In this document: piece by piece, positions 28,230 to 37,984 of the stretch
Layout of the letters: each line of letters begins with the position of its first letter
Position numbering within the stretch: the stretch's first letter is position 1
Origin: a virus
Virus record (IMG/VR): IMGVR_UViG_3300025168_000038
Location: 1 to 64,000 of that record
Strand: one strand, 5' to 3'
Length of the DNA: 64,000 nt
Position numbers and translations under genes: made by a program
The notes under the pieces: generated by a model
Told to the model about the DNA's origin: nothing
The model's database searches: none
What the model saw: the letters and a program-made list of their open reading frames with translations, nothing else

Positions 28230-29498
28230 ATGGCACAAGTAAATTTAAACGTAACAGAATTAAAAGGTTTTGTAAATCATATAATAACTAATAATAGATT
28301 TCTACAACAAGGAGGAAAACATCCTGTATCAGTAGAAGTAGTAGGTGAATCAGGTATTGGTAAAACCTCAAGTATTGTTGAACTAGCATCAGAAAATAAT
28401 CTGAAATTTGTTAAGTTAAACTTGGCTCAGATAGAAGAGCTAGGTGATCTTGTTGGCTTTCCAGTACGTCAGTTTCAAATGTATAAAGAAAAGATAGTAC
28501 AACCAAAAAACAATAATGTAAACATGGTAACTGCAACACAAAGAGCAGCAGGTACTAGTCTAGCTAATCTAAACTCTTCAGTAACTAAAAAAGTAGGAAT
28601 GTGGGTTGATGAGTTGGCTGTACAAGAGTACTTAAAGCAGGGTTATAAAATGACAGGTAAGAATAGAATGTCTTATTGTGCTCCAGAGTGGATTGCTGAT
28701 GCAAAGGCCGGTGGTATCTTATTACTAGATGACTGGAACCGTGCAGATACAAGGTTTATTCAAGCAGTTATGGAATTAATAGACAGACAAACATATATCT
28801 CATGGACTTTACCAAAGGATTGGCATATTATACTTACAGCTAACCCGGATAATGGTGACTACATGGTTAATACTGTAGACAGTGCACAGAAGACTAGATA
28901 TATTACTGCAAACTTAAAGTTTGATGTAAATGTATGGGCACAGTGGGCAGAGGGTGCAGGTATTGACACAAGATGTATTAACTTCTTACTGTTGAATCCA
29001 GAACTAGTAACTCAAGAAACAAATGCAAGGTCTATTACAACATTCTTTAATGCTATATCAAGTTTTGATAACTTTGAAGATAATCTAAGTATTATACAAA
29101 TGATTGGTGAAGGTAGTGTTGGTGATGAGTTTGCATCAATGTTTACAACGTTTATAAATAATAAACTAGATAAGCTGGTTACTCCTAAAGATTTATTGAC
29201 ACATGATAATGAGTCATATATTCTTGGTGAGTTAAGAGGTTGTATAGGAGAGGATGATAGTTACCGTGCAGACATTGCATCAACGTTATCAACTAGGCTA
29301 GCTAACTTTGCAGTTGTATATTCAAAAGAAAATACAATAAACCAAAAGATTACTGACAGACTTATATCATTATGTACAAAAGATTATTTTACTAATGACC
29401 TTAAGTACTTGATAGTTAGAACAATCTTCAGTGGTAATAAACAGAAGTTTAATAAAATGATGATGAATCCAGAAATAATTAAAATGACAATTAAATAA
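28230..29498 (+). CDS. MoxR-like AAA+ ATPase
   Basis: GESGIGKT, GDLVGFP, LLLDDWNRA and TANP. Confidence 0.85.
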   Translation: MAQVNLNVTELKGFVNHIITNNRFLQQGGKHPVSVEVVGESGIGKTSSIVELASENNLKFVKLNLAQIEELGDLVGFPVRQFQMYKEKIVQPKNNNVNMVTATQRAAGTSLANLNSSVTKKVGMWVDELAVQEYLKQGYKMTGKNRMSYCAPEWIADAKAGGILLLDDWNRADTRFIQAVMELIDRQTYISWTLPKDWHIILTANPDNGDYMVNTVDSAQKTRYITANLKFDVNVWAQWAEGAGIDTRCINFLLLNPELVTQETNARSITTFFNAISSFDNFEDNLSIIQMIGEGSVGDEFASMFTTFINNKLDKLVTPKDLLTHDNESYILGELRGCIGEDDSYRADIASTLSTRLANFAVVYSKENTINQKITDRLISLCTKDYFTNDLKYLIVRTIFSGNKQKFNKMMMNPEIIKMTIK

Positions 29499-29499
29499 A

Positions 29500-30537
29500 A
29501 TGGCAAATAAATCAGTATACCAGGTTTATAGTACTGATGCTTTGACACACTTTGACCTAACTAGTGATCCCAAATACGGGATCCTAGTTGGTAATGAGTT
29601 TGAAGAAGTATTATGTACTCAAGACCAAACAACATATGAGAAAATACACAGCATATTAACTGTCCCTACAGAAGATGGACAAACTTTTAGAAATAAAAAG
29701 AAAGCTTTTATATTACCTAAGTGTAAGGTATCACAAGATAGATTAAAAGCAGCTTTAAAAGAGCATAGTATAACTGTAACTAATGATTATGAAAAAGCAG
29801 ATTTAATTGTAGGTCATGATTCTATAGCTGATAGTTTGCAAAATGGTAATAGCATTGCCTCTACACTTATGTTAACTAAGTTATGGAACTATGAACTTAC
29901 TGGCGGATCAAGTCAGATCACTAGTGTATTAAATACACAAATACAAAATTTAAACTGTCTAGCAATAATTACAGATAAAATTCTTGATAAAATTAGCTAT
30001 TACAAATTAGATGTAGAACAGGATAGTTTATATGATAGTTGGATGATAACAGGTATGGCTATGAACATAGCTCATCTTATTGAAACTACTGATTTAAGTG
30101 TAATAGATACTGAAACCATCTTGCGTAGTTCATCAAATATGATTACTTTAGATGAGCAATTATTAAAGGATCTTAAGTCTCAATTAAATACTAATCATTG
30201 GACAGATGATAAAGGTTTAGCAGCTAAAATTATACCTAGTATAGATTATAAAACTAACTATCATCTACTGTGGGAGCTGGCTACACAATGTGGAAATTTA
30301 TTCCATGACTTCAATAGAGATAAAGACTTATGGTTTTGGATTGAAGAGTCTAACCTGCGTACATTCAGCCGCAAGAGTGCACAGGACATGATCCTTTGGT
30401 TAGAAAAAAAAGAGTTACTTAATAAAAGAAACTTTAAACATTTAGAGCCAATAGTTAGACAAGAGATTAGTATACATAACAGAGACCTTTATACATTTAA
30501 AGTGGCTGTAAAAAAAGAATATTTAAAATACTTATAA
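29500..30537 (+). CDS. Hypothetical protein with a BRCT-like segment
   Basis: KKAFILPKCKVSQDRLKAALKEHSITVTNDYEKADLIV. Confidence 0.55.
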   Translation: MANKSVYQVYSTDALTHFDLTSDPKYGILVGNEFEEVLCTQDQTTYEKIHSILTVPTEDGQTFRNKKKAFILPKCKVSQDRLKAALKEHSITVTNDYEKADLIVGHDSIADSLQNGNSIASTLMLTKLWNYELTGGSSQITSVLNTQIQNLNCLAIITDKILDKISYYKLDVEQDSLYDSWMITGMAMNIAHLIETTDLSVIDTETILRSSSNMITLDEQLLKDLKSQLNTNHWTDDKGLAAKIIPSIDYKTNYHLLWELATQCGNLFHDFNRDKDLWFWIEESNLRTFSRKSAQDMILWLEKKELLNKRNFKHLEPIVRQEISIHNRDLYTFKVAVKKEYLKYL

Positions 30538-30538
30538 A

Positions 30539-31696
30539 ATGACTGAAAATCAAAATTATATAATAAACTTTAGAACTGACCAGCAATTTTGGTCCAATGA
30601 TCAATTGAATGAGAACGGTGTGTCTTCAGAAGAAGCTGGCATATTCTTATTGCATGGTGCCAGTTGGCAAATAACAGGTGATGACTTAGAATTCTTGGGG
30701 ATTAATAAATTACCAAATGACTTTGACATTACTGATAAAAAACTATATAGATATCCTAAGTTAGATTTACCTAGACAAAAGGTAGATCTTTTAAAAGAAA
30801 AGTATAATGTTAAAGTAATCAGAGATCCAAATAAATCTGATATACAAATTACATCTCTTAAGTTTTTTAATAGTATAGCACATAGTAGTTGGAATAAATC
30901 ATTTAGTAAAAATGATTTTTATGAAATATGTAAAGAGTTAGTTAAAAGAAATCTTTTGTCTGATAATGCAAAGAAATCTATTGGTAATATTTTACAAAAT
31001 TCACATTCAACTGCTGTATTTGATATACGTTGTCATAAAAAAAATTGGGAATCTGCACAAGCAAACAAATCTAAAACTTTAGAGGAGGTTGTACATGCAA
31101 TGAAAAAAGAATTGGAAGGTAAATATTGCAAGAGCTATATAATCAAAGAACCTAAACACATTGATACATATAATGAGCTTATAAAAGCAAAGATGCTTGT
31201 TCTTGATAGAGATATAAGTAAAATATGTTCAGAAGGTTTGGCAATACTTACTAAAGATGATTATACTCAGATGTATAAAATGATAACAAGTAATGATATA
31301 GAAAATAGAACTTTGGCTTTAGAAACTTTAGCTAATTGTAATGTAGAAGCTTCTTTTGATGTTGTAGCTTTACTAATGTATTATGAATTTGAGTGGGTTA
31401 AATCAACAAGCAACTGGAATACTGTTAATGTTAAAGCTTTAAGAAATAGATTCTCTGCTATGTCAACTTACGGAAACAGTAGTAATGGAAACTATCATAC
31501 TCAGATTGTCATGTATTTATACAATGAAGGATACTTAACTAAGTTTGCAGCTGATACTATTAAAGAAAAAGTTTTTAGTAAAGTTTTAGCATCTGCAGGA
31601 ATAGGTTCACCTACTTCAGCTTGGGAAATAAATCTTGATGATATAAAATTTAAAACTCCATTTAAAGAATCAATAATAGATAACATATGTTTATAA
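30539..31696 (+). CDS. Hypothetical protein, probable paralog of the upstream gene
   Basis: KKLYRYPKLDLPRQKVDLLKEKYNVKVIRDPNKSDIQI. Confidence 0.55.
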   Translation: MTENQNYIINFRTDQQFWSNDQLNENGVSSEEAGIFLLHGASWQITGDDLEFLGINKLPNDFDITDKKLYRYPKLDLPRQKVDLLKEKYNVKVIRDPNKSDIQITSLKFFNSIAHSSWNKSFSKNDFYEICKELVKRNLLSDNAKKSIGNILQNSHSTAVFDIRCHKKNWESAQANKSKTLEEVVHAMKKELEGKYCKSYIIKEPKHIDTYNELIKAKMLVLDRDISKICSEGLAILTKDDYTQMYKMITSNDIENRTLALETLANCNVEASFDVVALLMYYEFEWVKSTSNWNTVNVKALRNRFSAMSTYGNSSNGNYHTQIVMYLYNEGYLTKFAADTIKEKVFSKVLASAGIGSPTSAWEINLDDIKFKTPFKESIIDNICL

Positions 31697-32679
31697 CAAA
31701 TAAAGAAAAGGAAGAGGTTTTCTATGCAAATAAAGATTTTTGCTTTAGTTACTCTTCCTTAAATAAATTATTATTTTCACCATCCTTATTCTATAAGGAC
31801 TATATATTATTTGACCGTGAGGTTAGAACAGATAAACATCTGATTGAAGGAAAGCTTATACACTGCCTGCTATTTGAAGCAGAGAACGTTGATAAAAAAT
31901 TCAGCGTTGTTCCAGGTAAAAGCCCAAGTGATAACATTAGAAAGGTATTAAAAGACATGTCTCTTCATACTGATGCAAAAACTCTAGCTAGCTGTGAGGA
32001 TTTTATAATTTTAGATTCACTTAAATCTTTAAATCTGTATCAGTCTCTAAAAGCGGATGAGTCAAGAATAGCTAAGATAAGAACTGAAGACAATGAACCA
32101 TATTGGAAGTTCCTGGGTAATAATAACATTGATGTTGTTGACCAGGATACTTTATCAAGATGTGAAGAAAGAGTTGAAGTACTTAAACAAAATAAAGATG
32201 TAATGTCTTTGTTTAATGAAGTACAAACAGACTTTGATTTAGATCCTATTGAAACATTTAGTGAGAAGTATCTAAAATCTGAACTAATTGATTGTGATTT
32301 TGGCCTGCACGGATATGTAGATTACTATTCAGTAGATACAGATAAAAAGGAAGTTGTTATATGTGATCTTAAAACAACAGGGAAGACCGTCTCTGAGTTT
32401 AAAGACACTGTAGATTTTTATAATTACTGGCTCCAAGCTGCTATTTATATGAAACTTGTTTATGATACTTTAGGTGATGATAAAGAAGAATATAATATAG
32501 ATTTTAAATTCATTGTAATAGACAAATATGATCAGGTTTATGTTTTTGATGTATCAAATAATACAGTAAATGATTGGGCGGATGGTCTTGGAGGTGCAAT
32601 AAATACTGCAAAATTTCATTATAATAGTAGAAATTACTCATTACCTATTGAATTCTTAACAAATAAGATTAAATTATAG
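31687..32679 (+). CDS. PD-(D/E)xK exonuclease (RecE/DUF3799-like)
   Basis: SYSSL, GKLIHCLL, GYVD, CDLKTT and YWLQAAIY. Confidence 0.82.
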   Translation: MFITNKEKEEVFYANKDFCFSYSSLNKLLFSPSLFYKDYILFDREVRTDKHLIEGKLIHCLLFEAENVDKKFSVVPGKSPSDNIRKVLKDMSLHTDAKTLASCEDFIILDSLKSLNLYQSLKADESRIAKIRTEDNEPYWKFLGNNNIDVVDQDTLSRCEERVEVLKQNKDVMSLFNEVQTDFDLDPIETFSEKYLKSELIDCDFGLHGYVDYYSVDTDKKEVVICDLKTTGKTVSEFKDTVDFYNYWLQAAIYMKLVYDTLGDDKEEYNIDFKFIVIDKYDQVYVFDVSNNTVNDWADGLGGAINTAKFHYNSRNYSLPIEFLTNKIKL

Positions 32680-32680
32680 T

Positions 32681-33265
32681 ATGAGTAATGTATATACAGA
32701 ATATTTTCAGAAGAGTAAAGTTTTTCTATACCCCTTGCTAGATTTAGGTAGGGGTATAAAGTATGTACCTAAGGAAACTTATTGTGCATGGGAAGATGTA
32801 TACTCTACTGATGATATGATGTTCTTATGTGTATATAAATGTAAGCTTACCCTTGATTTTAAAAAGTTTGCAAATAGACATCTAATAGCACACCCTTTGT
32901 TTAGGGATCATATCTCTTTAGGTACAAACAGACAGTTGTTTGTATTTAATTTTGATAAATATTCTCATGATTATAAGAACTTTCTTAAAGGGAAGTATTC
33001 TCAATACTCAATAAATGGAAAGATTTCAATACTAGAATTCTTTGAGACAGCTGAAGAAGAGCAAGTACAATATATACAAGGTTTTTTGCAGCCAGATGAA
33101 GTACATGAAGCATATGCTATAGACTTAAATGTAGACATAGAGTTATTAGAAGATGTTTATGAAGTCTGTTCTGCACCAAACATGGAAAAGGAAATATTAA
33201 TTGATAATAATCATATTTTGACTCAATTATTAAAAGAAAGTTCCATATATTTGACAAATAAATAA
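32681..33265 (+). CDS. Conserved hypothetical protein
   Basis: 194-aa ORF containing FLKGKYSQYS. Confidence 0.6.
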   Translation: MSNVYTEYFQKSKVFLYPLLDLGRGIKYVPKETYCAWEDVYSTDDMMFLCVYKCKLTLDFKKFANRHLIAHPLFRDHISLGTNRQLFVFNFDKYSHDYKNFLKGKYSQYSINGKISILEFFETAEEEQVQYIQGFLQPDEVHEAYAIDLNVDIELLEDVYEVCSAPNMEKEILIDNNHILTQLLKESSIYLTNK

Positions 33266-33273
33266 TATATAAA

Positions 33274-33690
33274 ATGGCACAAATAGGACAAAATATGATG
33301 TTAGTAAATTCTACATTTAGAAATGCTAAATCATTTACATTAATTCCAGTGAGTATGGACTCACCTTATACAGAAGCTATGTTTGACCCTGCGTCAGGCA
33401 TCTTAGCTGTCATCAGCAAAGTGATGAAACAATCTTATCATATGGTACCTAAGTTAGATGATGATGGTCAGCCACAAAGACTTAAAACACCTAACCAGCA
33501 AACAGGTAAGACACATAAAGAAGAGAGAAGATTGGTTGACACATTCTCTGAGTTCTATCTTAGTGATAGAGCTGATATTGAAACTTTTATTCATATGTTT
33601 GCTGTAAATGCAGAAAACTTTTCAGTTGAAGAATTCTTTGTAGACTTAAAGAAAACTGAACCATCAAAAATTATATTACCTGGTCAATAG
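33274..33690 (+). CDS. Hypothetical protein
   Basis: ORF with TATATTTG upstream and a terminator downstream. Confidence 0.65.
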   Translation: MAQIGQNMMLVNSTFRNAKSFTLIPVSMDSPYTEAMFDPASGILAVISKVMKQSYHMVPKLDDDGQPQRLKTPNQQTGKTHKEERRLVDTFSEFYLSDRADIETFIHMFAVNAENFSVEEFFVDLKKTEPSKIILPGQ

Positions 33691-33728
33691 TGTTGAGTTG
33701 AGTAATATCCTTATTGACTAAAAAAAAG

Positions 33729-33754
33729 AAAGCTCATTGATTTGGGCTTTTTTT
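33729..33754 (+). terminator. Intrinsic terminator
   Basis: AAAGCTCA-loop-TGGGCTTT followed by a T run. Confidence 0.7.
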
Positions 33755-33773
33755 GGCTCTAATAAAAAAAATC

Positions 33774-34058
33774 ATGGCAGAAATAACTAATGAACAAATA
33801 ATGGATGTAAATATTCTATTAGCAATGAATAGATGTATGTCTGAAATAGCACATAATTTACAATATATACACACTCAACAGGTCAAACAAAGAATTAAGC
33901 ACGTTATAAAAACTGTAGACCTATATGATAGAGAAGTTAAAAGAAAGTTAAACACAGATCAGTCACAAGCAATAGAAGATATATATGACTGTATAATGGA
34001 CTTAGTTCTAGAAGCTAGAGAAGTTACTCTTAAAAATGCCAAGAATGAAAGAGTATAA
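33774..34058 (+). CDS. Hypothetical protein (likely start MAEIT)
   Basis: ORF. Confidence 0.55.
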   Translation: MAEITNEQIMDVNILLAMNRCMSEIAHNLQYIHTQQVKQRIKHVIKTVDLYDREVKRKLNTDQSQAIEDIYDCIMDLVLEAREVTLKNAKNERV

Positions 34059-34218
34059 TACATATATCATGCAAATAGGAGAAGGTATGGCCGGTGCTCT
34101 TAAAGCTCCTGAAAAGAAGAAGTATACACGTATAGATAAGAGGACTAAGAAATATGGTAATCCTAGAAAACGTAAAGATGATTGGCAAGGTACAATATAT
34201 AAAACAAAAAAAGTATGA
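34036..34218 (+). CDS. Small basic protein
   Basis: K/R-rich C-terminal half; coupled to the polymerase start. Confidence 0.5.
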   Translation: MPRMKEYNTYIMQIGEGMAGALKAPEKKKYTRIDKRTKKYGNPRKRKDDWQGTIYKTKKV

Positions 34219-36209
34219 AAAATCATTGGGTAATGGATTATGAAACTCTATTTGATTGTTTCACTGCCGTATTTGAAGATTACAAAACTAACAAAACAGA
34301 AGTCTTTGTAATATGCAGGCTAAGAAATGATCTGACAGAGTTTATACAATTTTTACAACAAAATATAGAAAAGAAAGAATGGCATATATCATATAATGGT
34401 TTAGGATTTGATGCTCAGGTTACACACTATATCTTAGACAACCATAAAAGTTGGTGGAATATAGATGGTAATGACGTAGCTTACACTATATATAAATATG
34501 CACAGAGAACAATTGAGAAAAGTAATAATAGAGAGTTCAGTGATTATCCACAATGGAAAATGCAGATAGGTCAGATAGACTTATTTAAGTTACATCATTG
34601 GGATAACCCGGCTAAACGTTCAAGTCTTAAGTGGATACAATATAGTATGGACTGGGAGAATATCCTAGACATGCCTATACATCATACATCTAAGATAGAT
34701 AACCAAGAAGATCTAGACACTATTCTAGAGTATTGCGTTAATGATGTAAGATCTACTAAAGAAATATTTAATAGGTCTACTGATTTAATAAGACTAAGGA
34801 AAGAACTAACTAATACATATGGTATTAATATGTTTAGTGCATCAGAGCCAAGGATTAGTAAAGAAGTATTTGGTTATTTCTTAACACGTATGTTAAATAT
34901 ACCTAAGAGAGATCTTAGAAACATGAAGACTTATCGTGATACTGTAAAAGTAAAAGATATAATATTACCATACATCTCTTTCACATCACCAGAGTTTAAT
35001 ATGTTACTTGATAGGTTTAAATCTATTGAAGTAAAAGGAGATAAACTTAAAGGTAGTTTTAAATATAGTGTAAACTATAAAAATGTTAAGACACACTTTG
35101 GTTTAGGTGGTGTTCATGGTGCTGCTAGCAAAGGAGTATATGAGTCTTCAGATGATATGGTTATAATGTCTTCTGACGTAACAAGTTTTTACCCTAATCT
35201 AGCAATTAAGAATCAATTTGCTCCTGCACATTTTCCAAAGAAAGCATTTTGTGATCAGTATGAGTGGTTCTTTACTGAAAGAAAGAAAATACCTAAAAGC
35301 AACCCTATGAATTATGTATATAAAATTATACTTAACTCAACGTTTGGTCTTAGTAATGATGAAAAGAGTTTCTTTTATGACCCTGAGCTGTGTTTACGTA
35401 TTACAATTAATGGCCAGCTTACTCTAATGATGTTATATGAACAGATTATGGAAAGAATACCTGGTGCTGTTCCTTTGTTACAGAATACAGACGGTGTAGA
35501 GACTTTAATACCAAGAGAATACGTGGATGATTATATGGGTATTTGTAAAGAATGGGAAGAAAAGACAAATCTTAACCTAGAACATGATGAATATCAAAAA
35601 CTAGTATTAGCTGATGTCAACAATTATATAGGTGTGAATAACTTTATAGATGTTGATATTACTAAATGGAGAGAAGTTAAACAAAGTCAACCTCATTACC
35701 TATTTAAGGTAGAGAATGACAAGTTTAGCTTTGCTCCTGTTAAGTTAAAGGGACGTTTTGATTTTCATAATTTACAATTGCATAAGAATAAGTCCAAACT
35801 AGTTATACCAAAAGCTATATATCAATACTTTGTTAATAATATATTGCCTGAAGACTATCTAGATGAAAATAAAAATATTCTAGATTACTGTATAGGAGGT
35901 AAATCAAAAGGTGATTGGGAACAAGTAGCTAGATACATTAAAGATGGTGCATTTGCTGAAGATAAATTACAAAAGATAAATAGATATTTCATCTCTAATG
36001 ATGGAGTAAAGATTATCAAAGTAAATAAAAAAGACAATAGAGAAATACAACTAGAGTCTGGCAGATGGGTTCAAACTATTTTTAACGTATTAAAGGTAGA
36101 GCCTAAGTGGGAAAACTATAATATTAATAAAGCATATTACATGCAAGCAATAGAGACTGAGATCAATAGTATCTTGACAGTCTCAACTAATCAATTAAAA
36201 CTATTTTAA
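34215..36209 (+). CDS. polB: DNA polymerase family B, crAss-type
   Basis: Exonuclease motifs DYE, YNGLGFD and YCVNDV; polymerase motifs SDVTSFYPN, KIILNSTFG and NTDG. Confidence 0.92.
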   Translation: MKNHWVMDYETLFDCFTAVFEDYKTNKTEVFVICRLRNDLTEFIQFLQQNIEKKEWHISYNGLGFDAQVTHYILDNHKSWWNIDGNDVAYTIYKYAQRTIEKSNNREFSDYPQWKMQIGQIDLFKLHHWDNPAKRSSLKWIQYSMDWENILDMPIHHTSKIDNQEDLDTILEYCVNDVRSTKEIFNRSTDLIRLRKELTNTYGINMFSASEPRISKEVFGYFLTRMLNIPKRDLRNMKTYRDTVKVKDIILPYISFTSPEFNMLLDRFKSIEVKGDKLKGSFKYSVNYKNVKTHFGLGGVHGAASKGVYESSDDMVIMSSDVTSFYPNLAIKNQFAPAHFPKKAFCDQYEWFFTERKKIPKSNPMNYVYKIILNSTFGLSNDEKSFFYDPELCLRITINGQLTLMMLYEQIMERIPGAVPLLQNTDGVETLIPREYVDDYMGICKEWEEKTNLNLEHDEYQKLVLADVNNYIGVNNFIDVDITKWREVKQSQPHYLFKVENDKFSFAPVKLKGRFDFHNLQLHKNKSKLVIPKAIYQYFVNNILPEDYLDENKNILDYCIGGKSKGDWEQVARYIKDGAFAEDKLQKINRYFISNDGVKIIKVNKKDNREIQLESGRWVQTIFNVLKVEPKWENYNINKAYYMQAIETEINSILTVSTNQLKLF

Positions 36210-36210
36210 A

Positions 36211-36528
36211 ATGACGTATAGACCATTGCCTGAAGGGACTACTATTAAAGAGTCCCTTCTCCATGGCCTTGGATTATATTCTACTAAATCTATTAGTAAG
36301 GATACAGTCCTAGGCATATCACATATTAGAAATACAAAATATCAAAACAATTATATTAGAACCCCGCTAGGAGGTTTTATAAATCATAGTGACACACCTA
36401 ATCTAAGAAAGATTGGTAGTGCTGAATCAAGAGATATAGAAGCAGGGGTTATGATGATCCAAACAACTAAAGACATCCTCCCCGGGGAAGAGCTAACACT
36501 TAAATATAATCTATATGCAATTGAATGA
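36211..36528 (+). CDS. Stand-alone SET-domain protein (putative lysine methyltransferase)
   Basis: HGLGLYSTKSI, GFINHSDTPN and KDILPGEELTLKY. Confidence 0.9.
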   Translation: MTYRPLPEGTTIKESLLHGLGLYSTKSISKDTVLGISHIRNTKYQNNYIRTPLGGFINHSDTPNLRKIGSAESRDIEAGVMMIQTTKDILPGEELTLKYNLYAIE

Positions 36529-36742
36529 AGTCAAGAAAGGAACAAAACTAAAATTAATTAAAAGAATGCATTACTTAGGTAAAAAACCTGAGGCAATGAA
36601 TATATTAGATGGAGAGCTTCTAGTATTTGAAGCTAATGATGGCTTATATTCTATTTGTACAGATAGAGAAGGCAACCAATACAACATTCCAGGATGGTCT
36701 AAGGTAGAAATAATTGAAGAACCTTTGGCTGACTCAGAATAA
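36515..36742 (+). CDS. Hypothetical protein
   Basis: 75-aa ORF. Confidence 0.5.
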   Translation: MQLNEVKKGTKLKLIKRMHYLGKKPEAMNILDGELLVFEANDGLYSICTDREGNQYNIPGWSKVEIIEEPLADSE

Positions 36743-36775
36743 TTTATTATATTTACACTTTAAAAGTTTATAATT

Positions 36776-37630
36776 ATGGGGTATACAAAACCTAAAGAAA
36801 CAACAAGATGGCATTTAGAAAATGCACCCTTACCTAACCATGGTGAGTCATATACAGTAATATCACATGGAGAAGTGATAGAAAACACATATAAATTATT
36901 ATCAGATAGTGGATTTATGGTCTCTAGAGAGATGTATAGATCCAGTAAGAATGCTAACATAGCTCAAGGAGTATATCATATATACCCAACTAATCCAACA
37001 GATGGAGACATTATAATGGAAAAGGAACTTGGAATGATGTTTGCTTGGACTAATTCATATGATAAAACAAAAAGCTTTGCTTCAGCAATTGGGGCCTACG
37101 TTGCAGTTTGTAACAACGGTATGATAGCCGGAGACATGATGAACTATAAAAGAAAACATAGATGGTCTGCCTCACATGATATACATGTTCACATGAGTGA
37201 TCAGATGAAGTCAGCAGAGAAGTACTATAAAAGACTGATAAAAGATAAAGAGGCACTAAAGAATGTTATAGTTACACATAAAGAAGCAGCTGAACTAGCT
37301 GGCCGTTTATTTATTGAAGAGGAGTTGCTTGATTCACAACAGTTATCTTGTGTTAAACAAGAACTAATCAAGCCTTCTTATAACTATTCAGTAGGTGCAG
37401 AGTCAGGATGGGCCTTTTATAATCATATAACACATGCATTAAAGAAAGCACATCCACGGGACTGGGTCAATGATCAGCAGAACTTTCATGACTTTATAAC
37501 TGTTGAGTTATTAGGATCACCTGCATCTAAACCTATGTTTGAAAAGCCTGCAGAGTATGTAGACATGGGTCAACTTAGTATTGATGTGGATTTAGTAGAG
37601 CAAGATAAATTTACATTTGATATATTATAG
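36776..37630 (+). CDS. DUF932-like protein
   Basis: YTVISH, NSYD, VCNNGMI and WAFYNHITHALK. Confidence 0.7.
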   Translation: MGYTKPKETTRWHLENAPLPNHGESYTVISHGEVIENTYKLLSDSGFMVSREMYRSSKNANIAQGVYHIYPTNPTDGDIIMEKELGMMFAWTNSYDKTKSFASAIGAYVAVCNNGMIAGDMMNYKRKHRWSASHDIHVHMSDQMKSAEKYYKRLIKDKEALKNVIVTHKEAAELAGRLFIEEELLDSQQLSCVKQELIKPSYNYSVGAESGWAFYNHITHALKKAHPRDWVNDQQNFHDFITVELLGSPASKPMFEKPAEYVDMGQLSIDVDLVEQDKFTFDIL

Positions 37631-37710
37631 AGTATGCTAGAGGATATGCTATTATTTTTTTTATTTCTATTCCTCTTATGGTTTGCTTTAACAGATCAAA
37701 TGGACAAATA

Positions 37711-37762
37711 GGGAGAAACCAACTGGGGTCTGAGTTTTTGCATTCTTAGGCCCCGCCCTCCC
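37711..37762 (+). ncRNA. Putative structured intergenic RNA
   Basis: GGGAG / CTCCC outer stem and GGGGTCTGAG / CTTAGGCCCC inner stem. Confidence 0.4.
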
Positions 37763-37792
37763 AATATAATACCTGTAAAGATTTAGTAACAC

Positions 37793-37984
37793 ATGAAAAA
37801 ATTTATTGAGTTTGCACTAATTTGGTACAGTCAACAGATGGCCATACCATTTTGGATCGTTGGTCATATACATTTAAGCGTAAACATATATCAAGACATA
37901 CATGAAATACTAGCTAGCATGGGGTTAAATCTAATCGTACTAGTTGGGTTTATAATAGACTATAAAAAAAATAAAGACAAATGA
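37793..37984 (+). CDS. Small membrane protein
   Basis: Two hydrophobic segments. Confidence 0.55.
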   Translation: MKKFIEFALIWYSQQMAIPFWIVGHIHLSVNIYQDIHEILASMGLNLIVLVGFIIDYKKNKDK

